Shown one piece after another: positions 55,351-64,000 of a stretch of DNA of 64,000 nt. This DNA is from Alphaproteobacteria bacterium. GTDB taxonomy: Bacteria; Pseudomonadota; Alphaproteobacteria; SP197. Every line of letters begins with the position of its first letter. Position 1 is the stretch's first letter. The stretch is taken from positions 4,832,001 through 4,896,000 of the forward strand of contig OZ245842.1 in the NCBI GenBank assembly GCA_965228895.1. Direction: 5' to 3'. The position numbers were made by a program, and so were the translations under genes. Below the pieces are notes generated by a model that saw only the letters and a program-made list of their open reading frames with translations, made no database searches and was not told where the DNA came from.

Positions 55351-56739
55351 GTGGGTACGGGCATAGCGACACTGGTTATCTTGGCACTGGCGTTCTTTGC
55401 CTTTGCCACCGGTCGCAAACGCGCGCGCGGTATCGCCGCCGCCACCGATCGCCCCGGCGAACTGCACTCCAGACCCACCTATCACGGCTGGTTCGTCGGC
55501 TTGGCTTGTGGCCTGCCGGCGGTCGCTCTTTGGATCCTGGCGCTGGCTGTCGGCGACCACATGGTCCAGGCCGCCATCCTGGCCGACCTGCCGGCGGCGA
55601 TCAGTGAGCTCTCGGGCCCGCAGCTTAAACGTTTTCTTGATGACGCTCAGGCGCTTGCAACCGGCGGCCGGACGACCATTGAGCCGACGCCGGAACTGGT
55701 TCAGGCGGCCGAGCAGTACGCCAGTTTGAACGCCTTACGGATCTGGGTCAGTTTTGCCGGCGCGGTTGGTTTGGGCGTCATCGGGCTCGGTATCGCGCTT
55801 CGCAAGATCGAGATCGGTTTTCGCGCGCGCCAGCCGGTCGAACGCATCTTGATGATTACCCTGTTGCTGGCAGCGACCATCTCAATTCTGACCACCGTCG
55901 GCATCGTGTTTTCGGTGCTGCTCGAATCCATTCGTTTCTTCGAGAAGGTGCCGCTCTTCGAGTTCCTTTTCGGTTTGAACTGGAGCCCGCAAACCGCGCT
56001 GCGTGTCGATCAGGTTGGCTCGTCCGGCGCTTTCGGTGCGGTGCCGCTGTTCCTGGGCACGGCGTTGGTGACGCTGATCGCCATGTTCGTCGCCGGTCCG
56101 ATCGGCCTGTTGTCGGCGATCTATCTTGCGGAATATGCCCACCCGCGGTTTCGCGCGATCGCCAAACCTGTCCTGGAGGTGCTGGCCGGAATTCCGACCG
56201 TCGTCTACGGCTTCTTCGCCGCACTCGTCATGGCGCCTTTCTTCAGGGACGCCGGCGCCGCCATTGGCGTCTCGGTGTCGTCGGAAAGCGCCATCGCGGC
56301 CGGTGTCGTCATGGGCATCATGATCATTCCGTTTGTGTCATCGCTAACCGATGACGCCATCGCCGCGGTGCCCAAGCAACTACGCGACGGGTCGTTGGCG
56401 CTTGGTGCGACGCGTCAGGAAACGATCACCGGCGTGATCATTCCCGCAGCCTTGCCCGGCATCGTCGCCGGCTTTCTGCTCGCGATCAGCCGTGCGATCG
56501 GCGAGACGATGATCGTTGTCATGGCCGCCGGCCTCGCCGCCAACATGACCATCAACCCCTTGGAAACCGTCACCACGGTCACGGTCCAAATCGTCACCCT
56601 TCTGGTCGGCGATCAGGAGTTCGACAGCGCGAAGACGCTGGCCGCCTTTGCGCTTGGCCTCGTCCTCTTCATCATCACCCTGGCGCTCAACGTCGTCGCG
56701 CTCAGGGTCGTTCAGAAGTATCGGGAAAAGTATGACTGA
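55351..56739 (+). CDS. pstC: Phosphate ABC transporter permease PstC
   Basis: LHSRPTYHG, KPVLEVLAGIPTVVYGFF and SRAIGETM motifs. Confidence 0.95.
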   Translation: MGTGIATLVILALAFFAFATGRKRARGIAAATDRPGELHSRPTYHGWFVGLACGLPAVALWILALAVGDHMVQAAILADLPAAISELSGPQLKRFLDDAQALATGGRTTIEPTPELVQAAEQYASLNALRIWVSFAGAVGLGVIGLGIALRKIEIGFRARQPVERILMITLLLAATISILTTVGIVFSVLLESIRFFEKVPLFEFLFGLNWSPQTALRVDQVGSSGAFGAVPLFLGTALVTLIAMFVAGPIGLLSAIYLAEYAHPRFRAIAKPVLEVLAGIPTVVYGFFAALVMAPFFRDAGAAIGVSVSSESAIAAGVVMGIMIIPFVSSLTDDAIAAVPKQLRDGSLALGATRQETITGVIIPAALPGIVAGFLLAISRAIGETMIVVMAAGLAANMTINPLETVTTVTVQIVTLLVGDQEFDSAKTLAAFALGLVLFIITLALNVVALRVVQKYREKYD

Positions 56740-58018
56740 CATGGCCACCAACACCTCGATCGTCGGCAAAGGAAACGCTGCTCAGGTCCGCGTCAGACGA
56801 CGCTATGCCCGCGAGCGCCGGTTCCAATGGCTGTGTCTATCCGCTCTTGCCGTCGCCGGTATCTTTCTGGTGATCCTGATCGGCAGCATCGTATCGCGCG
56901 GTTATACGGCTTTCGTCACCACCGACATCGAGCTTGCCATCACCTTCAACCCGGATCTGGTCGATCCGGAGAGCCCGTCATCGGGTAACTACCGTATGAT
57001 GGTGGTGCAGGCGCTTCAGAAACAATTCCCCGACGTCACCGACACCTCCGACCTGCGTAAGATGCTCGCCCTGTTGAGCGACGGCGCGTTCATCAAACTA
57101 CAGCGTATGGTCGAAGCCGATCCTTCTCTGGTCGGCACCACCGAGCTCATCAGTCTGCCGGCGGGCAGCGACGTCGACATGTTTTCCAAAGGCTATATAT
57201 CGCGCGATGTCGCGGAATCGTCGCGCCGCGTCGACGATCAGGAGATCGGCTGGCTGGACACCCTGGCGGCGCAAAACGCTCTGACAACGGTTCCCAACTG
57301 GGACTTCTTCACGCGCGGCGACAGCCGCGAGCCCGAACGAGCGGGCATTGGCGGCGCCCTCGTCGGCTCGGCCCTGACACTTCTCGTCACCTTCCTGGTG
57401 TCGTTTCCGCTTGGTGTCGCCGCTGCGATTTATCTCGAAGAATTCGCGCCGAAGAAACGTTGGGTCGACATCATCGAGGTCAACATCAACAACTTGGCCG
57501 CGGTGCCGTCGATCGTGTTTGGCCTTCTGGGTCTGGCGGTTTTCTTGAATGTTATGCACCTGCCGCGCTCGGCACCGATCGTCGGTGGCCTGACGCTGGC
57601 GTTGATGACCCTGCCGACGATAATCATCACCACCCGTGCCGCGCTAAAGGGCGTGCCGCCGTCGATCCGCGAGGCGGCCACCGGGTTGGGCGCCTCGCCG
57701 GTTCAGGTCGTCTTTCACCACGTCATGCCGCTTGCCATGCCGCGCGTCTTGACGGGCACCATCATTGGTATGGCCCAAGCTTTAGGCGAGACGGCACCGC
57801 TGCTGATGATCGGCATGGTCGCGTTTATCGTCGATGTGCCGGGCGGGCCGCTAGATCCAGCGACCGTTTTGCCGGTGCAGATCTATCTATGGGCCGACAG
57901 CCCCGAGCGTGGTTTTGTCGAGAAGACGTCCGCCGCGATCATGGTGCTGCTCGGTTTCCTCATCATCATGAACGGCATTGCCGTCTTTTTGCGTCAGAGG
58001 TTTGAAGTCCGATGGTAG
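56732..58018 (+). CDS. pstA: Phosphate ABC transporter permease PstA
   Basis: [19 protein letters not shown] and [11 protein letters not shown] motifs; start at ATG 56732. Confidence 0.95.
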   Translation: MTDMATNTSIVGKGNAAQVRVRRRYARERRFQWLCLSALAVAGIFLVILIGSIVSRGYTAFVTTDIELAITFNPDLVDPESPSSGNYRMMVVQALQKQFPDVTDTSDLRKMLALLSDGAFIKLQRMVEADPSLVGTTELISLPAGSDVDMFSKGYISRDVAESSRRVDDQEIGWLDTLAAQNALTTVPNWDFFTRGDSREPERAGIGGALVGSALTLLVTFLVSFPLGVAAAIYLEEFAPKKRWVDIIEVNINNLAAVPSIVFGLLGLAVFLNVMHLPRSAPIVGGLTLALMTLPTIIITTRAALKGVPPSIREAATGLGASPVQVVFHHVMPLAMPRVLTGTIIGMAQALGETAPLLMIGMVAFIVDVPGGPLDPATVLPVQIYLWADSPERGFVEKTSAAIMVLLGFLIIMNGIAVFLRQRFEVRW

Positions 58019-58860
58019 AAGCCCAAGCCGTTGCCGAGGAAACGCCCGCGCCCGATTACGATGCGCGCACCATCCGCCACGACGAGCTGCCCGAGCTTGA
58101 AAGCCCAATCAAGATCGACACCCGCGACGTCAAGCTCTGGTACGGCGATAAGCAAGCGCTCGCCGGCATCAACATCAACATTCCCGAGCGCCAGGTGACC
58201 GCCTTTATCGGGCCTTCAGGCTGCGGCAAAACCACATTCATCAAATGCCTCAACCGCATGAACGACACCATCGAAGGCGTCACTATCGAAGGTCAGATCA
58301 CCATGGACGGTCAGGACATCTTTGACCGCGGTGTCGATGTCGTGCAGTTGCGTGCCCGCGTCGGCATGGTGTTCCAGAAACCCAATCCGTTCCCGAAATC
58401 AATCTATGACAACGTCGCTTATGGCCCACGCATTCACGGCTTGGCGCGCAACAAGGCGGAGCTCGATGAAATCGTCGCGACCAGCCTGCGCCGGGCCGGC
58501 CTCTATAACGAGGTCGCCGACCGCATGCAGGATACGGCAACCGGTATGTCCGGCGGTCAGCAGCAACGCCTGTGTATTGCGCGCACCATAGCGGTCAGCC
58601 CCGAGGTCATTTTGATGGATGAACCTTGTTCGGCGCTCGATCCGATCTCGACCGCGCAGATTGAGGAACTGATCGACGAGTTGAAAGAGAACTACACGGT
58701 CGTCATCGTGACTCACAACCTGCAGCAGGCCGCGCGCGTTTCGCAATACACCGGTTTCTTTCATCTGGGCCGCCTGATCGAGTACGGCGAGACCGCCCAG
58801 CTCTTCCATAATCCTGCCCAGAGGATGACCGAGGATTACATCACCGGCCGCTTCGGTTGA
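58012..58860 (+). CDS. pstB: Phosphate ABC transporter ATPase PstB
   Basis: [26 protein letters not shown] and YITGRFG motifs. Confidence 0.97.
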   Translation: MVEAQAVAEETPAPDYDARTIRHDELPELESPIKIDTRDVKLWYGDKQALAGININIPERQVTAFIGPSGCGKTTFIKCLNRMNDTIEGVTIEGQITMDGQDIFDRGVDVVQLRARVGMVFQKPNPFPKSIYDNVAYGPRIHGLARNKAELDEIVATSLRRAGLYNEVADRMQDTATGMSGGQQQRLCIARTIAVSPEVILMDEPCSALDPISTAQIEELIDELKENYTVVIVTHNLQQAARVSQYTGFFHLGRLIEYGETAQLFHNPAQRMTEDYITGRFG

Positions 58861-58886
58861 TCCGTGGGCTACAGGAAACAAACACC

Positions 58887-59603
58887 ATGATGACCACGCA
58901 GCAACACACCGTCCGCTCCTATGACACGGAGCTTGAAGAGGTAACCCGCGACATCCTGGCCATGGGCGGGTTGGTCGAAGCGCAGCTTCGAAGCGCGCTG
59001 GATGCACTGGTCGAGCGCGATCACGAGCTTGCCCAGCGCATCATCGAAACCGATGCGCAGATCGACGATCTGGAACGGCAGGTCGATGAACTCGCGACCC
59101 GTATCCTGGCCCTGCGTCAGCCAATGGCTGAGGACCTCAGGCGCGTGAAGACGGCCCTGAAGGTCGCGAGCAACCTCGAACGTATGGGCGATCTGGCATC
59201 GAACATCGCCAAGCGCAGTCTGACCATCGAAAGCGATTCGGAGATTCCCCAGCGCGAGGGCCTGAAGCGCATGGGCGCGGCGGTCTATGCCATGACCAAC
59301 GATGTGTTGAACGCCTATCGCGACGAAAACAAGGAACTGGCGGAGTCGGTCTGGCATCAAGATGAGGCTATCGACGAAATGTACAATGCCGTCTTCCACG
59401 GCATCCTGACCGACATGATAGCGGATCCCAGCGCCATCGCCGCGGGGACCCAGGTCCATTTCGTCGCCAAGAACATCGAGCGTATGGGCGATCACACGAC
59501 CAACATTGCCGAGATGATCACCTACATGACCGAGGGCGCCATGCCCGATCAGGACAGGCCCAAAGGCACCACGGTGCCGCAGGGCACGTCGGACGACAAT
59601 TGA
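58887..59603 (+). CDS. phoU: Phosphate signalling protein PhoU
   Basis: QPMAEDLR, LERMGD and IERMGDHTTNIAE motifs. Confidence 0.96.
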   Translation: MMTTQQHTVRSYDTELEEVTRDILAMGGLVEAQLRSALDALVERDHELAQRIIETDAQIDDLERQVDELATRILALRQPMAEDLRRVKTALKVASNLERMGDLASNIAKRSLTIESDSEIPQREGLKRMGAAVYAMTNDVLNAYRDENKELAESVWHQDEAIDEMYNAVFHGILTDMIADPSAIAAGTQVHFVAKNIERMGDHTTNIAEMITYMTEGAMPDQDRPKGTTVPQGTSDDN

Positions 59604-59632
59604 CTGGTGCATGAGTGGGAAAACTGTAACCG

Positions 59633-60319
59633 ATGGACGCGACAATTCTTGTTGTGGATGACGAAGCGCCGATCCTGGCGCTGCTACGCTACAACTTAGA
59701 CAAGGCGGGATACCGTGTGGTCGAGGCAACGGATGGCCAGGAAGCCTTGACCTTGATACGCGAGCAATCGCCGGATCTGGTGGTGCTCGACTGGATGCTG
59801 CCCTCGATCTCGGGCATCGAAGTGTGCCGCCAGGTTCGCCGCGACAGCGAGCTGCGCAACCTCCCCATCATCATGCTGACCGCCCGCGGCGAAGAGCAGG
59901 ACCGGGTGCGCGGTCTGGAAGTCGGCGCCGACGATTACATTCCCAAACCTTTTTCACCGGCCGAACTCCTGGCGCGCATCCGCGCCGTGCTGCGGCGCAT
60001 AAGGCCGGCCTTGAGCGAAGAGGCGCTGTCTTATGCGGATCTGCACATGGATTTGGCGGCGCACCGGGTATCACGGGCGGGAACGCCCATCCATCTGGGA
60101 CCGCGCGAGTTCGACATGCTGCGTTTCCTGATGGAGCATCCCGGTCGCGTGTTCAGTCGCGAACAGCTGCTGGACAGCGTCTGGGGCAACGACATTTTTG
60201 TCGAACCGCGCACCGTCGACGTTCATATCGGCAGGCTGAGGAAGGCGCTTAACGTCGCCGAAAGCAAGGACTTGATCCGCACCGTACGCTCCGCCGGTTA
60301 CGCGCTGGACGCGGCCTAG
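59633..60319 (+). CDS. phoB: Phosphate regulon response regulator
   Basis: LDWMLP, MLTARGEEQDR, RTVDVHIGRLRK and IRTVRSAGY motifs. Confidence 0.96.
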   Translation: MDATILVVDDEAPILALLRYNLDKAGYRVVEATDGQEALTLIREQSPDLVVLDWMLPSISGIEVCRQVRRDSELRNLPIIMLTARGEEQDRVRGLEVGADDYIPKPFSPAELLARIRAVLRRIRPALSEEALSYADLHMDLAAHRVSRAGTPIHLGPREFDMLRFLMEHPGRVFSREQLLDSVWGNDIFVEPRTVDVHIGRLRKALNVAESKDLIRTVRSAGYALDAA

Positions 60320-60424
60320 AGCAGATGCTGTTTTGACGGCATCGCGAGGCGATGCCATCAAGGCGGGCGAATCTGCTCTAATCATAGATAGAGAGCGGTT
60401 CCACCTAACCATGATCCGCTCTAA
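60316..60424 (-). repeat. Family A repeat, copy 5 (inverted, internally deleted; its CTAG holds the phoB stop)
   Basis: CTAGAGCAGAT...ATCTGCTCTA...GAGAGCGGTTCCACCTAACCATGATCCGCTCTAA. Confidence 0.85.
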
Positions 60425-60591
60425 CGCACGAAATTCGCCGGTTTTGGCGGTGCGGGCACCGATCTAACGGCTGTCTGCATCATATCCTTCCTCGCACCAA
60501 TGGCTGCCAAGTAACGGAAAGCACTGGATTTCTACGCCCGGCTTCGCCAGGATAGGGGCTCCATGCTTCATTGTGTGATATTCTCCCGATC

Positions 60592-61629
60592 ATGAAAGAT
60601 AGGCAGCCCTGGTCGGTGCGCGGCGTTTCGCGCGAAGCGCGCGCAAAGGCCGCTCGCGCAGCAGCCCATCGGCATATGACCATCGGCGAGTGGGTGACCC
60701 AGGTTCTGGTCGCCGCCGCCGACCGCGATCTCGGGACGGCAACGGACGAGACGGCGTCGTCCGAACCATCCGGCGGGTCGACCCTGCCGGCAACCAACAG
60801 CGGCACCGAACGCGAACTGGCACAGGCGCTCGGCGCCCTGGTTCAGCACCTTCAGAAGAACGCGCAGGAAGCCCAGGTCAGCGATGTCGTTAGGCGTATG
60901 GAACGCACCGAACACGCGCTGGTCGGGCGTATGGAGCAAATGGCCGCCGGCCTCTATAGCGTCATGCAGACGATGGAAACCCGCGCCATGCCGATCATCG
61001 ACGGTGACCGTCCTGATGGCGGTCCGCCCAAGGGCGCGCCGCCGATCATGCTGCCCGATCAATCCCGCCTGGCCGACGCGGTCGAGCGGGTCGTCGATGC
61101 CGAGGCGCGCCGGCAGGATCAGATGGCCGCGGTCGCCGACGCGCTGACCATGCTGGCCGCGAAGGTCGACAGCGGCAGCCCATCCGCCGCATCGCCTGCG
61201 CCAAACGCCACGTCCGAAGAGGCCGAAACCGGTAGCGAGGATGCCGCGTCACCAGAAGAGGTCGACGAGACCAACCTGGCAGCCGCCAACGATACGGCAC
61301 CGCAGGACAACATGGCGGCTGATGACGATGAGTCCGCTGGCATCGACACGGCCGACGAAGACGAGCCTGCCGACAATGATTCTGACGAGACCAAATCCGG
61401 TGAGGGCGTGACAGCGTCGGAGACGGACGAGGAGACGACGCCAGAATCCGACGTGGCCAAAGCGCCACCGCCGCCGGCGGCCTCTCGTTACACCGGCACC
61501 CGCGACGAGCACGGCAACGATGTCATCGCGGCCATTCGCGCGCGCAGCGCACGGCCGCCGGAGTTTGACGAAACCGCTGACGAGCCGCGCCGGGGTCTCT
61601 TCGGACGCCTGTTCCGGCGCCAGTCCTGA
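60592..61629 (+). CDS. Hypothetical protein with PodJ-like N-terminal motif, predicted helical segments, acidic low-complexity region and amphipathic C-terminus
   Basis: PWSVRGVSREAR...MTIGEWV; D/E/T/A-rich tract; ends RRGLFGRLFRRQS. Confidence 0.75.
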   Translation: MKDRQPWSVRGVSREARAKAARAAAHRHMTIGEWVTQVLVAAADRDLGTATDETASSEPSGGSTLPATNSGTERELAQALGALVQHLQKNAQEAQVSDVVRRMERTEHALVGRMEQMAAGLYSVMQTMETRAMPIIDGDRPDGGPPKGAPPIMLPDQSRLADAVERVVDAEARRQDQMAAVADALTMLAAKVDSGSPSAASPAPNATSEEAETGSEDAASPEEVDETNLAAANDTAPQDNMAADDDESAGIDTADEDEPADNDSDETKSGEGVTASETDEETTPESDVAKAPPPPAASRYTGTRDEHGNDVIAAIRARSARPPEFDETADEPRRGLFGRLFRRQS

Positions 61630-61672
61630 ACGTCGCCGACGGTTAGCCTGCCGGCGACGTCGTGCCCCTAAC

Positions 61673-62791
61673 TCAGGCGGCCAACGCCTGGTCAGCCGGC
61701 ACGTAGTCGTAGCCCAAGGCTTCCGCCACCGCCTTATAGGTCACCTTCCCGGCCATCACGTTCAGGCCTTCCTTCAGGTGCGGATCGTCGCCCAGAGCCT
61801 TCTTGACGCCGTCGTTCGCCAACCGGACCGTGAACGGCAGGGTCGCGTTGTTCAGCGCAAAGGTCGAAGTACGGGCAACGCCACCGGGCATGTTGGCGAC
61901 GCAGTAGTGCACGACCTGATGAACCCGGTAAGTCGGCTTCGCGTGGGTCGTGGCATGACTGGTCTCGAAACAGCCGCCCTGGTCGATCGCCACATCACAC
62001 AGCACCGAACCGCGCTTCATGCGCTTGACCTGGGCTTCGGTGACAACCTTGGGCGCGGCGGCACCCGGAACAAGCACGGCGCCGACCACGAGATCGGCCG
62101 CCAGCACGTAATCCTCGACCTGGTCGATCAAGGCATAGAGTGTCTTGGCCCGGCCCTCGAAAAAGTCATCGAGGTAACGCAGGCGCGGGACAGAGCGGTC
62201 GAAGATCGTGACCTCCGCGCCCAGGCCGACGGCCATGCGGGCCGCGTTCGTACCGACCACGCCGCCGCCGATGACAACCACCTTGCCCGGCTCGACACCC
62301 GGGACACCGCCCAGCAAGACACCGCTGCCCTTCTGGGTCTTCTCCAGGCAATGGGCGCCGGCCTGAATTGACATGCGTCCGGCGACCTCGCTCATCGGCG
62401 CCAAAAGCGGCAGACCGCCATGGTCATCGGTCACGGTCTCGTAGGCGATCGCCGTGCAGCCGGACTCAACCAGCAGTCGGGTCTGTTCGGGATCGGGCGC
62501 GAGATGAAGATAGGTAAACAGAATCTGGCCCTCGCGCAGCATCCGGCATTCGTCGGGCTGGGGTTCCTTAACCTTGACGACCATGTCCGCGCGCGCGAAC
62601 ACCTCCTGGGCAGAATCGACGATTTCCGCGCCAGCCTTGACGTACATCTTGTCGTCAAGACCGATTTCGCGGCCCGCGCCCTTCTCAATGATGACCTGAT
62701 GGCCGTGGTGGATGACCTCACGCACACTCGCGGGCGTCATGCCGACGCGGTATTCGTGAACCTTGATTTCACTCGGCACGCCGAGAAGCAT
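61673..62791 (-). CDS. ald: Alanine dehydrogenase
   Basis: [40 protein letters not shown] and HYCVANMPG motifs. Confidence 0.97.
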   Translation of the reverse strand: MLLGVPSEIKVHEYRVGMTPASVREVIHHGHQVIIEKGAGREIGLDDKMYVKAGAEIVDSAQEVFARADMVVKVKEPQPDECRMLREGQILFTYLHLAPDPEQTRLLVESGCTAIAYETVTDDHGGLPLLAPMSEVAGRMSIQAGAHCLEKTQKGSGVLLGGVPGVEPGKVVVIGGGVVGTNAARMAVGLGAEVTIFDRSVPRLRYLDDFFEGRAKTLYALIDQVEDYVLAADLVVGAVLVPGAAAPKVVTEAQVKRMKRGSVLCDVAIDQGGCFETSHATTHAKPTYRVHQVVHYCVANMPGGVARTSTFALNNATLPFTVRLANDGVKKALGDDPHLKEGLNVMAGKVTYKAVAEALGYDYVPADQALAA

Positions 62792-62945
62792 CACCGACTC
62801 CGTCTGATTGAAGAATGGAACAAAGAGATGGGAGATACGGCAGTTTGGGCACCGCGACCTCCCGGGTTGACGCTGCTTCAAACCATGTTCCCAGTTGGAA
62901 ATCAACCTGACGATTTCCGATGGTCATGGGCCACCCGCGCTATCG

Positions 62946-63581
62946 TCAGGAGGTAGGCGGCCGATCCGGCTCAATGCCTGGCCGCAGCATACGAAACACC
63001 GTCTCGACGACAGTGTACTCGGCATAACCGAGCCGGGCGATCGGGCGGACGTCGGCGAGCTGAACCCGCCCGTCCTTCAAGATCGCATCGTCGATATGGA
63101 TGCCGACGACCTCACCCAGAACGACCTTGTTGGGCCCCTCCGGTCCGTTCTGTGGAACCTCGATGGTCTGCAGATAGCGGCACTCCAGCGCCACCGGCGA
63201 TGCCTTCACCCTGGGCGGTTTGACCAGCCGAGAGGGCACCAGATCAAGCGCCGCCAAGGCCGCTTCGTCAACACCGTGGGGGACCTCGTCGGAGGTCGTG
63301 TTCATTTCTTCGCGCAGGTCCCACGTCACCATGTTGTGGACGAACTCACCCATGGTTTCGGCATTGGCGACGCTGTCCTTGTGATTGGCATCCAGGCGAC
63401 CGCCGCCGGAAAACATGATGACCGGCGGATCGTCGCCCATGGCATTGAAGTAGCTGTAGGGCGCCAGGTTCACCTGACCTGCCGCGTTCAACGTTGTGAA
63501 CCACCCGATCGGGCGTGGCGCGACCAGCGCCTTGAAGGGATCACGCGGCAGGCCATGGCCATTGCGCGGTTCATAGAACAT
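62946..63581 (-). CDS. Flavin reductase family protein (DIM6/NTAB)
   Basis: PFKALVAPRPIGW, NLAPYSYFN, KDSVANA and PIARLGY motifs. Confidence 0.88.
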   Translation of the reverse strand: MFYEPRNGHGLPRDPFKALVAPRPIGWFTTLNAAGQVNLAPYSYFNAMGDDPPVIMFSGGGRLDANHKDSVANAETMGEFVHNMVTWDLREEMNTTSDEVPHGVDEAALAALDLVPSRLVKPPRVKASPVALECRYLQTIEVPQNGPEGPNKVVLGEVVGIHIDDAILKDGRVQLADVRPIARLGYAEYTVVETVFRMLRPGIEPDRPPTS

Positions 63582-63626
63582 GGACCGTCCTTTCGACGCC
63601 TCTCCGCCGGGTCGATTGCCCTTACG

Positions 63627-64000
63627 CTACGCTGCTTCGTCGACGTACTTGCCATAGCGCTCGATGTAATAGGCGTCGTCATGCGCCGTCGCCTTCGCCG
63701 AATCCCGGTTCGCCATCAGGTCGTACCAAGCGCGTAGCCGTGTGCACTCCTCGGGGATCGCGGCCTTTCGATGGTGCGCGATGGCACCGAACCGTTCAAA
63801 GAACGGGTAATAGGTCAGATCGACCAGAGACACGTTCTCGCCCAGCCAATAGGGACCGTCGGAGAGCTGGCGCATGCCGTCGAACTCGATCTTTCTGAGC
63901 TCGTTCTCGACTTTTTCTTTCAGTTCCGCCTGCTTATCGGCGTCCTTGGCGTACAGCAGTCCATAGCAGTCCTCGACCCAGACGTTGTTGCAGTAGTCGA
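63627..64000 (-). CDS. Glutathione S-transferase family protein, C-terminal part (5' end beyond window)
   Basis: GPYWLGENVSLVDLTYYPFFERF...RLRAWY resembles the GST C-domain; the frame is open to the window edge. Confidence 0.75.
   Translation of the reverse strand, partial: DYCNNVWVEDCYGLLYAKDADKQAELKEKVENELRKIEFDGMRQLSDGPYWLGENVSLVDLTYYPFFERFGAIAHHRKAAIPEECTRLRAWYDLMANRDSAKATAHDDAYYIERYGKYVDEAA

Overview
GC-rich chromosomal window from an alphaproteobacterium, probably Rhodospirillales-like judging by gene content and order. It is mostly core genes: irr with rubrerythrin, an Fe-S oxidoreductase and DUF3501; rimP-nusA-ylxR-infB-rbfA-truB-rpsO-pnp; tsaB-rimI-mucR-fur-olsB-olsA-miaB-phoH-ybeY-corC-lnt-HTH-metK-trmB; murJ-trpS; pyc; mutS-glnD; maeB; phoR-pstSCAB-phoU-phoB; ald. 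I saw no rRNA, tRNA, CRISPR array or transposase. The most interesting signals are: (1) two dispersed palindromic repeat families whose stems show compensatory changes. Family A is a ~140-bp YTAG-bounded double hairpin (5 copies, 2 supplying host stop codons); family B is a 27-29-bp stem with a conserved 15-nt loop (3 copies, 1 with a nested insertion). (2) A TetR-controlled accessory locus with three visible operators, encoding a Tat-signal cysteine hydrolase, a DUF1348 protein and an exported YHS protein, with C-rich-loop hairpins between the genes. (3) A short PodJ-N-terminus-like protein with no transmembrane or periplasmic part, an acidic low-complexity region and a C-terminal amphipathic tail. 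(4) A ylxR gene that appears to need a CTG start. All calls come from reading motifs by eye; no database searches were run.
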